Positions 17,949 to 25,186 of a stretch of DNA of 64,000 nucleotides are shown in pieces. The stretch is from Thermoanaerobaculia bacterium (lineage in GTDB: Bacteria; Acidobacteriota; Thermoanaerobaculia; Multivoradales; UBA5704). The notes below the pieces were generated by a model that was given only the letters and a program-made list of their open reading frames with translations, did not search any database and was not told the DNA's origin. The stretch spans positions 41,329 to 105,328 of the forward strand of contig JBGAGQ010000014.1 of assembly GCA_044226625.1 (NCBI GenBank), written 5' to 3'. Numbering within the stretch: position 1 is the stretch's first letter; each line of letters opens with the position of its first letter. Made by a program: the position numbers and the translations under genes.

Positions 17949-19304
17949 ATGCGGGATTCGAGCAAAGCCGCGGGAGCGGACTTTGGGACGATCGAGCTGC
18001 GGGCCATCCCCTCGGGCCGCCGGGTCGAGGGTGCGGTCCGGGTGCCGCCTTCGAAGAGCGTCACCCACCGCGTGCTCAACCTGGCGCTTCTCGCGGAGCG
18101 GCCTCTGATCGTCGAAAGTCCGTTGATCGCCGATGACACCCGGCTGTTCCTCGCGGCGCTCGAAGCATGCGGTTGGGGCGTCGAGGCAGTGGAACAGGGC
18201 GAGCGGGGGATGGACGAAGTCCGGCTCGTCCCCGGAGCGCGCGGTTCGAACGATTCCAGCCCGATCGAGATCTTCTGCGGCAACGCCGGGACGATGTATC
18301 GCTTCCTCGTGGCGACCCTTGTCGCGATCCCGGGGGAGTACCGGCTCGACGGCATGCCTCGGCTTCGCGAGCGGCCGATCGGCCCGCTGGTCGACGCGGT
18401 GCGGCGCCTGGGCGGCGAGATCGACTACCTGGGCAACGAGGGCTACGGACCGCTCGCGATCCGCGGCGGCACGCTGCGCGGCGGAACGACCGGGCTCGAC
18501 GCGGGATCGTCCAGCCAATATCTCTCCGCCCTGCTGATGGCGGGTCTGCGGGCGAAGGAACCGACCGTCGTCGAGCTCTCCGCACTCACCTCGGAGCCGT
18601 ACGTCGACATCACGCTCGACTGGGTCCGGCGCTTCGGCGGCCGGGCCGAGCGGCTCGCCCCCGACCGGTTCCGCGTCGAGCCCTCGCCGGAGTTGGGCGT
18701 CGGGCTCGATCGGGTGCGCGTGGAGGGCGACTGGTCGGCCGCCGCCTATCCGGCGGCGATGGCCGCGCTCTGTCGCGGCACGGTGCACCTGCTCGGCATC
18801 GACCGGGATTCCGCCCAAGGCGACCGCGCCTTCGTCGATCTGCTCGGGACGATGGGCGCCGAGGTCGCCTGGAAGGGAGAGAATCTTCGGGTCTCGGGCA
18901 CCGGCCGTCTGATCGGTCTCTCGGTCGATCTCGGGGCTATGCCCGATCAGGTGCCCACGCTGGCGGCCCTCGCTCCGTTTTCCGAGGGGACGACGCGGAT
19001 CACGGGCGTGCCCCACTTGCGGATCAAGGAGAGCGACCGCCTCCACGCGATGGCGGTGGGGCTCGCGGCGCTCGGAGTCCCGGTTCGGGAGCTCCCAGAC
19101 GGTCTGGAGATCGAAGGGGTCTGGGCGGGCCGTGACGATCTACCCATCGAGACGGTGACGATCGATCCGTTCGACGATCACCGCATCGCGATGAGCTTCG
19201 CCCTCCTCGGCCTCCGGCGCCCGGGGGTGACGATCGCCGAGCCCGGAGTGGTCGCGAAGTCCTACCCCGACTTCTGGCGCGATTTCGAGGCGTTGACGAG
19301 CTGA
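17949..19304 (+). CDS. aroA: 3-phosphoshikimate 1-carboxyvinyltransferase (EPSP synthase)
   Basis: PPSKSVTHR, GNAGTMYRF, RERPI, SSQYLSALL, HLRIKESDRL, DHRIAMSF, KSYPDF. Confidence 0.96.
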   Translation: MRDSSKAAGADFGTIELRAIPSGRRVEGAVRVPPSKSVTHRVLNLALLAERPLIVESPLIADDTRLFLAALEACGWGVEAVEQGERGMDEVRLVPGARGSNDSSPIEIFCGNAGTMYRFLVATLVAIPGEYRLDGMPRLRERPIGPLVDAVRRLGGEIDYLGNEGYGPLAIRGGTLRGGTTGLDAGSSSQYLSALLMAGLRAKEPTVVELSALTSEPYVDITLDWVRRFGGRAERLAPDRFRVEPSPELGVGLDRVRVEGDWSAAAYPAAMAALCRGTVHLLGIDRDSAQGDRAFVDLLGTMGAEVAWKGENLRVSGTGRLIGLSVDLGAMPDQVPTLAALAPFSEGTTRITGVPHLRIKESDRLHAMAVGLAALGVPVRELPDGLEIEGVWAGRDDLPIETVTIDPFDDHRIAMSFALLGLRRPGVTIAEPGVVAKSYPDFWRDFEALTS

Positions 19305-19320
19305 ACACACCGCCGAATTC

Positions 19321-19560
19321 GGTCGAGCGGATGCGCTGTTCGGTTTCCTGACCGGCGAATTCGTTTTCGGGGGTCCGAACATCGATTCGCGACCGGCCGA
19401 GGCCTTTTCTCAGCGGCGCGACCGCTTTTGCCATCGGTGAGACCGCTTCGCGGATTGCCGAAAACGGTCGACCCAGTGCCGAAACCCCTCGCGGGAGTCG
19501 GAATCTCGCTTGTGCGTCCGTAGAGCGAATTCGGCGCTCAGGAAATCGCTCCGCTCGGCC
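19321..19560. repeat. ~240-bp imperfect inverted repeat (fold-back); candidate MITE or structured RNA
   Basis: Left-arm blocks ggtcgagcgga/tttcctga/cgaattcg/gattc/cgagg/cgaccgctttt are mirrored in order by aaaacggtcg/cctcg/gaatc/cgaattcg/tcaggaaa/tccgctcggcc. Confidence 0.6.
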
Positions 19561-19724
19561 AGCAAACCCCTGCGCGCACCGGTCTCGCGAGGCCCTCCAC
19601 CCGGCCCGGCGGTCCCGACGGCCGTTCGACTCCTTCGCCAGCCCGCTTTCCGCCGCGGGCTACCCCGCCCGCGGTGCCGGTGGTAGTCTTCGCGCGATTT
19701 TTCCGCGCTCAGGAACTCGAACCC

Positions 19725-22700
19725 GTGCAGCCGATCCATTCGACTCTGCGCCCCGTGCAAGGTGCGCCCCTCGAGGCGGCCGCTCTGTCGGATCGCCATC
19801 GGATGGGTTTGGTGCTCCAAGGGGCGGCTCTACTCGCGCATCTGCAGGGGATCGGTTGGCACCTTCCCGACGGTTGGGCGGACGCCAAGGCGAGCGCGGA
19901 CGGGCGGCTGGGCGGGCTTTCCGCGGCGCCCGGGCGGCTCGGGCCGATCCAGGAGCTGCTGCGCCATCTGCTCGCGCTCTGCTTCGGCTCCGGCGGCCTG
20001 AGCGGCCGGGGGACGGCGCGGCGTGCTGCGCGGGTGCTCGAAGAGGCGTGGGCACTCGATCTGGCGCCGCTCTCGGCGGAGACGGCGGTCGAGCAGGTGC
20101 TGGAAGCCGCGCCGTTTCTCTGGGAACCGCCTTTCGGCGCGGCGCGTAGGTCGCTCGCGGGACGGCGCGTTGTCGCAGGGGAGTCGGCAGATCGATCGAC
20201 AGGCGAGCCAGCGCCCGAGGATGGAGGCCGGCTGTGGGTCGTCGGCCCCGGTTCCTTCCGGCGTCGCGTGCTCGCTCGGGCGGCCGGCGGAACGGCCGAG
20301 GAGACTCTCGGCGCGCTGCTCGCGAGCGTCGAGGCGCGCGAGCTCTGGTTCGGTCCCGCTTGTCTCGAAGATCCGGGCGCTCTCGCTTCGGCGGGTCGCT
20401 TTCGGGCCGCGGTGCTCGAATGGGAGCGGCGGCCGCCCCGCGGGGGCGAGGAGCGCTTGGCGTTTGCGCGGGCGCTCGAAGCGATCGGACGGTTCGAGCG
20501 GGCGATCGATGCGGTCGGCTCCGATCGATCGTCTGCCGCGCGGCTCGTTCGGGCTCGATGCCAGCTCCGGCTCGGCCGGCTCGGTGGAGCGCGGGCCGCG
20601 CTCCTTCGATTCGAGACGGAGCCGGCCGATGCCGAGCGGACGATCGAGCTCGCGGAGCTCGGCGTGCGCACGTTCGCCAACGCAGGGGAGCCCGAGGCGG
20701 CGGCGCGCTGGGTCGCCCGCGCCCGCGACCCGGTCGGGCAGTCCGGCTCGCTCGCCGCTCGATGGGCGCTGCTCGCCGAGGTCGCGGCGCTCGACCGCAA
20801 GGACCTCGCCGCCGCCCGTGAGCACCTGCTCGAGGCGGAGGGGGCGGGGATCGAGCCGCGCGAGGTCTGGCGCCTCGACCAGGGGCGAGCTTTGTTGGCG
20901 CTCGAGGAGGGGCGGATGGACGCGGCGGCGCTCCACCTCGCCTCGGCGCTCCGCGCGGCGCGGCGGGGCCTGCCGCGTTTTGAGGCCGCCGGCCTCTGGA
21001 ACGACCTCGGGCTCGCGCGCGCCGGATGCGACGATCTGCCGGGAGCCGAGCGGGCCTTTCTCCATGCCGACCGGCTGCTCGCCGGCTGCGACGGGCCGCG
21101 GAGGAAGACGCTGGCCCTTTCGAATTTGGCCGAGATCCGCCTCCGGCGCGGCCGCCTCGCCGGGGTGCGCGAGATCTTGGAGGCTTCGGCGCTCGAGAAC
21201 CGCCGAGCGGGCAATCTGCGCGGGGAGATTCAGGACGCGGAGCTGTGGGCGCGGCTCGACCTCGCCTGCGGCCGGCCGGAAGGGGCGCTCACGCGGATCG
21301 AGGCGGCGCGGTTGCGGTTGCGCGAGCGGCGGATCGACTGGCGCTCCGGAGAACTCTCGGTTCTGGCGGCGCGTGCGCTCGGTTGGCTCGGTCGGGCGGA
21401 GGAGGCCGCGGTGGAATGGGACCGGTCGGCCGGCCGTGCCCGAGGGTTCCTCGAACCGGAAGAGATTCCGGCGCTGCTCGCGCTCGCTGGACGGCGCGAC
21501 GAGGCGATCGCCGCCGCGAACGGCATGCCCTGGCAGCCACTGTTCGCCGCGGCGCTGGGCCTCGCATCGCCGTCCGAGGCTCCGGAAGAGGTGGAGGCCC
21601 TCGACCGTTTGGATACCGCGCGGGCGGCGCGCCTGGTGTTCGATCTCGAAACCATCGCGGGGCGGCACGGCGGCGAAAGTTTGCGGGACGGAGGCGTCGT
21701 CCCCGCCTCCCGTCGGCGAAGAGCGGCTGAGGCCCTGCGGCGGATCGGTGCGGGGCGCTTCGCCGAGCGCCTCGAGGCACGCGACGGCGGGCCCTGGCGG
21801 GCGTTCGAACGGTGGCTGTCGAGAAGAGATCGTCCGGACGACTTTCTTCCGGTCACACTGGAGCCGCTGTTCGAGGCGTTCGGTCTCGCGGACGCTCGTC
21901 TGTCGTTCGAGGAGGAGGGTGCGGAGCCGGAGGTCCTCTTCGACGGACCGGGTGGAGTGAAGGAGCATATCGCGGCTTGCGGCCGCGGCCGGTTGATCTT
22001 GCGATCCGCCGTGTTCGACGAGGCGGCGGCCGCGTTGTTCGCAGCGATCCGGCGCGAGCTCGCCGGGTCGAAGACGCGGCCTTCGGCGGAAGAGCCCGAA
22101 AGGCGAAGCGCCGCACCCGCCATTCCAACCCGTTCGGCTCCTTGGATTGGCGAGCACCCCGCGCTGGTCCGGGCGCTCGAACGAATTGCGAAGCTCGCTC
22201 CAGGCGACCTTCCGATGCTCGTCCTCGGCGAGAGCGGCACCGGCAAGGAGCTCGCGGCGCGCGAGATCCATCGGCGGAGCCGTCGGCATCGCGCTCCGTT
22301 CGTTTCGGTCAACTGCGCCGCGTTGTCGGAGAACCTCCTTCTTTCCGATCTTTTCGGCCACGCGCGCGGGGCGTTCACGGGCGCCGATCGCGAGCGGCTC
22401 GGTGTGTTCGAGACGGCGCAAGGCGGAACGGTTTTTCTCGATGAGATCGGCGATCTGCCGGCCGATGCTCAAGGCAAGTTGCTGCGGGTGCTTCAGGAAG
22501 GCGAGGTGCGACGTCTGGGCGAGAGCCTGGCTCGCAAGGTCGACGTACGCGTGGTCGCCGCGACTCATCGCGATCTCTTGCAAGCGGTGCGGGACGGGAC
22601 GTTTCGCCAGGATCTCTACTACCGCTTGCGCGGCGCGAGCGTGACGCTGCCGCCTCTGCGCGAGCGCGGTGACGACGTCCTGCGCATCGCGGAGCGATTG

Positions 22701-23093
22701 ATCGAAAAGGAGGCGTCACGGCTCGCGATCCATCCGGTGCCGCGGCTCGAACGGCAGGCGGCGGAGCGGCTGCTGCGCCATTCGTGGCCGGGCAATGTGC
22801 GCGAGCTCGAGAACGTCGTGCGCGTCGCCTGCCAGCTCGCGGCCGGCGAAGATTGGATCTCGGCCGAACTATTGGAAATCGACACGGCAGGCGACATTGC
22901 GATCGAAACCCAAGGGACGGGCTCCTATCGCTCTCAGGTCGACGAGCTTCGAAGCCGTCTCTTGCGCGAGGCGCTCGCCGCGACCGGGGGCAAGCGCGCC
23001 GCGGCGGCGCGCGCCTTGGGTTTGAGTCGGCAGGCGCTCACGTATTTGATTCGTGAGCTGCGACTCGACGAGCCGCCGATTCAGCGCGGCTGA
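19725..23093 (+). CDS. Sigma54-dependent transcriptional activator (bEBP) with a long TPR-like N-terminal region and Fis-type HTH
   Basis: GESGTGKE, VNCAAL, GHARGAFTGA, FLDEIG, LLRVLQ, FRQDLYYRL, WPGNVRELEN, C-terminal AARALGLSR; Ala/Leu/Arg helical repeats upstream. Start uncertain (19674 or 19725). Confidence 0.88.
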   Translation: MQPIHSTLRPVQGAPLEAAALSDRHRMGLVLQGAALLAHLQGIGWHLPDGWADAKASADGRLGGLSAAPGRLGPIQELLRHLLALCFGSGGLSGRGTARRAARVLEEAWALDLAPLSAETAVEQVLEAAPFLWEPPFGAARRSLAGRRVVAGESADRSTGEPAPEDGGRLWVVGPGSFRRRVLARAAGGTAEETLGALLASVEARELWFGPACLEDPGALASAGRFRAAVLEWERRPPRGGEERLAFARALEAIGRFERAIDAVGSDRSSAARLVRARCQLRLGRLGGARAALLRFETEPADAERTIELAELGVRTFANAGEPEAAARWVARARDPVGQSGSLAARWALLAEVAALDRKDLAAAREHLLEAEGAGIEPREVWRLDQGRALLALEEGRMDAAALHLASALRAARRGLPRFEAAGLWNDLGLARAGCDDLPGAERAFLHADRLLAGCDGPRRKTLALSNLAEIRLRRGRLAGVREILEASALENRRAGNLRGEIQDAELWARLDLACGRPEGALTRIEAARLRLRERRIDWRSGELSVLAARALGWLGRAEEAAVEWDRSAGRARGFLEPEEIPALLALAGRRDEAIAAANGMPWQPLFAAALGLASPSEAPEEVEALDRLDTARAARLVFDLETIAGRHGGESLRDGGVVPASRRRRAAEALRRIGAGRFAERLEARDGGPWRAFERWLSRRDRPDDFLPVTLEPLFEAFGLADARLSFEEEGAEPEVLFDGPGGVKEHIAACGRGRLILRSAVFDEAAAALFAAIRRELAGSKTRPSAEEPERRSAAPAIPTRSAPWIGEHPALVRALERIAKLAPGDLPMLVLGESGTGKELAAREIHRRSRRHRAPFVSVNCAALSENLLLSDLFGHARGAFTGADRERLGVFETAQGGTVFLDEIGDLPADAQGKLLRVLQEGEVRRLGESLARKVDVRVVAATHRDLLQAVRDGTFRQDLYYRLRGASVTLPPLRERGDDVLRIAERLIEKEASRLAIHPVPRLERQAAERLLRHSWPGNVRELENVVRVACQLAAGEDWISAELLEIDTAGDIAIETQGTGSYRSQVDELRSRLLREALAATGGKRAAAARALGLSRQALTYLIRELRLDEPPIQRG

Positions 23094-23179
23094 TTTCCAA
23101 AGAACAGACTTGCCGAACGCGGCGCTCGCTACCAAGCGTTCTCGCGATCGAAACGAAATGTCCGACGAAAGGGGCGGAA

Positions 23180-23221
23180 GTCAAACATCGGTTGACATAT
23201 AGCCCCAGCCTGATCGATACT
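23180..23221 (+). promoter_or_regulatory. Candidate promoter and palindromic operator for the HTH/AT-hook gene
   Basis: GTCAA-N7-TTGAC palindrome (23180-96) overlapping TTGACA (23192-97)-N18-GATACT (23216-21). Confidence 0.45.
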
Positions 23222-23297
23222 CCGGAGCGGTGAAAACCCCTAGAACGACAACGTGTTGCTCGAATTGCAACTTCTGAAACCGGAGGTACGATCGATC

Positions 23298-24062
23298 ATG
23301 GCGACGAAACGAATGGCGCGTAACGCGACAAAAACGGCGGCGAAATCCGCGAAGCGCTCGGCAAGGGCGCCGAAAGCCTCACCGCGGGCGGAGAGCGCGA
23401 AGCCGGAGTCCGAAACCGCACCTACGGGCGAGCGGTTGCTTACGCTCACGGAGATTTCGAAGCGCGCCAACATTTCGATGCCCACCCTTCAGCGTTATAA
23501 AAAACTGTACCAGTCGCGGATCCCCTCGGTGGGCAGGGGGCGCAAGCAGCGCTACTTGGAGAGCTCGCTCTCCGTGTTCGAAGAGCTCAAGAACGAAAAC
23601 ATCGGTCGTCGCGGTCGTCCGCGCAAGGAAACGAAGGACGGCTCGGCGAAGCCTGCCGGCCGGGTCGGGGGACGCGCGGCCAAGAGCGCCGACACGCCGT
23701 CTTCGCGCCGCGCGAGCAAAGAAGGCTCGGGCTCGGGTCTTTTGACGCTAACCCAGATCAGCAAGCTCGCTGGCGTTTCGTATCCGACCGCGGTGCGCTA
23801 CGTCCGCCTGTTCCTGGACCGCCTCCCGCACGAGGGCGAAGGCCGTCGCCGCCGTTTCTATTCGGGCGCGGTCGACGTCTTCAATCAGCTGCGTGAAGAG
23901 GGTGGGCGGGGCGGTCAGCGCGTCGCTCGGATCGCAGGACGCGCCGTGCACGCGATCGAAAGCGGCGTCGCCGATCGAATCAAGCAGCTGGAAAAGGCGC
24001 AACAGAATTTCGAAAAGAAGTTGCGCACGCTGGCGCAAAGCCTGCAGAAGTTTCTCGAGTAG
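23298..24062 (+). CDS. DNA-binding protein with two MerR/excisionase-like HTH repeats, an AT-hook and a C-terminal coiled coil
   Basis: RBS GGAGG; repeats LLTLTEISKRANISMPTLQRY and LLTLTQISKLAGVSYPTAVRY; GRRGRPRK; Lys/Ala-rich N-tail. Confidence 0.8.
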   Translation: MATKRMARNATKTAAKSAKRSARAPKASPRAESAKPESETAPTGERLLTLTEISKRANISMPTLQRYKKLYQSRIPSVGRGRKQRYLESSLSVFEELKNENIGRRGRPRKETKDGSAKPAGRVGGRAAKSADTPSSRRASKEGSGSGLLTLTQISKLAGVSYPTAVRYVRLFLDRLPHEGEGRRRRFYSGAVDVFNQLREEGGRGGQRVARIAGRAVHAIESGVADRIKQLEKAQQNFEKKLRTLAQSLQKFLE

Positions 24063-24080
24063 GCTCCGCGCCACGGAGAT

Positions 24081-24109
24081 TCGGGGGCGGGATGTCCGTT
24101 CCGCCCCGA
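24081..24109 (+). terminator. Intrinsic-terminator-like GC hairpin
   Basis: tcgggggcggga-loop-ttccgccccga between convergent genes, followed by a pyrimidine tract. Confidence 0.6.
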
Positions 24110-24110
24110 C

Positions 24111-24153
24111 TTCCTTCCTTCCTTCCTTCCTTCCTTCCTTCCTTCCTTCCTTC
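24111..24153. repeat. (TTCC)10 tetranucleotide microsatellite
   Basis: Ten perfect TTCC units plus TTC. Confidence 0.97.
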
Positions 24154-24175
24154 TACTTTCCTTTAGGTCTTCGGC

Positions 24176-25186
24176 TCAGCGCAGGTGGTCCCAACCCGAC
24201 GCCGGCAAACGGGATGTCTTCCCTTCGATCGAAAGGCGAACGTCAGCACCGCTCGTGATCTCGCCGATTTTCGTGCAGCCGAGATTCTCAGGTGGCGCGC
24301 TTCGCGGCGGAAGGGAAAACAACAGGACGTAATCTTCGCCTCCCGAAAGCGCGAGCGCGAGCGGCTCTTCACCGACGGCACGACAGAGCGAGGCGAAGTC
24401 CGGCGCGAGCGGCAGCGCCTCGGCGGCGATCGTGGCGCCCACCCCCGACTCACGGCAGAGACGGTGTAGATCGCGCGCGAGGCCGTCCGAGACGTCGATC
24501 GCCGCGGCGCGGGTGCGACGACCCAAGGCGAGCCCGAGCCGAAGCTGCGGCCGTGGCTCGAGATGTCTTTGGATCGCTCGTCGGGCGGCGCGATCGAGCG
24601 CGGCGGATAGCCTGAGATCAGGCAGCCCTTGGGGGCGTCCGCTGCGCCCACGAGCTGTGACCGTGGCTCCGCGCCCGAGGAGGCGATGCCCGAGCGCCGA
24701 CTCTCCGACGGTACCGCCGAGATAAAGGAAATCTCCCGGGCGTGCGGTGCTTCGTCGCAGCCACCTCCCTCCCTTCGGCCGCCGGCCGAGCAGGGTGAGG
24801 TGCGCGGAAAAACCGCTTGGATGGCGAGCGAGGTCGCCGCCGGCGAGCGTGACCCCCGCCTTCTTCGCGGCTTCGACGAACGAAACGAAAAATCGACGGA
24901 CGTCGTAGCCGGGGGCCAGGCCGAGCGCGAGGAAGGCCCAGGCGGGGTCCGCGCCCGAGGCGGCCAGATCGGAGAGGTTCACCGCGAGCAGGCGCCGCGC
25001 GACGAGAGCGGGGTCGAGCCCCGGAAAGAAATGGGTCCCTTCGATCTGGCTGTCGGTGGTGATCGCCCACTCGCCGCCGAGCCGCAAGTAGGCGGCGTCG
25101 TCGCCGATCGGAGATTTCTTGGAGTCCCTCTCGAGCCGCCGGCGGAGCCAGGCGATCAACCGGTCCTCGGACCGGTCCACGCTCAA
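24176..25186 (-). CDS. thiL: Thiamine-monophosphate kinase
   Basis: IGDDAA, TTDSQIEGTHF, AVNLSDLAASGA, GGD, AIDVSDGLARDL, ALSGGEDY, GWDH; start overlaps the lon stop. Confidence 0.93.
   Translation of the reverse strand: MSVDRSEDRLIAWLRRRLERDSKKSPIGDDAAYLRLGGEWAITTDSQIEGTHFFPGLDPALVARRLLAVNLSDLAASGADPAWAFLALGLAPGYDVRRFFVSFVEAAKKAGVTLAGGDLARHPSGFSAHLTLLGRRPKGGRWLRRSTARPGDFLYLGGTVGESALGHRLLGRGATVTARGRSGRPQGLPDLRLSAALDRAARRAIQRHLEPRPQLRLGLALGRRTRAAAIDVSDGLARDLHRLCRESGVGATIAAEALPLAPDFASLCRAVGEEPLALALSGGEDYVLLFSLPPRSAPPENLGCTKIGEITSGADVRLSIEGKTSRLPASGWDHLR

Noticed and set aside
19619-19640. GTTCGACTCC resembling a tRNA T-loop or att site
   Set aside because: The flanks do not form a T-stem or cloverleaf, and there is no integrase nearby.
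19725-23093. Treating the sigma54 activator as the PspF of the pspA operon
   Set aside because: It lies about 33 kb away, has a large N-terminal region that PspF lacks, and I saw no -24/-12 promoter upstream of the pspA operon.
23253-23270. Possible sigma54 -24/-12 promoter (...TTGCA) downstream of the activator gene
   Set aside because: The invariant GG at -24 is GT.
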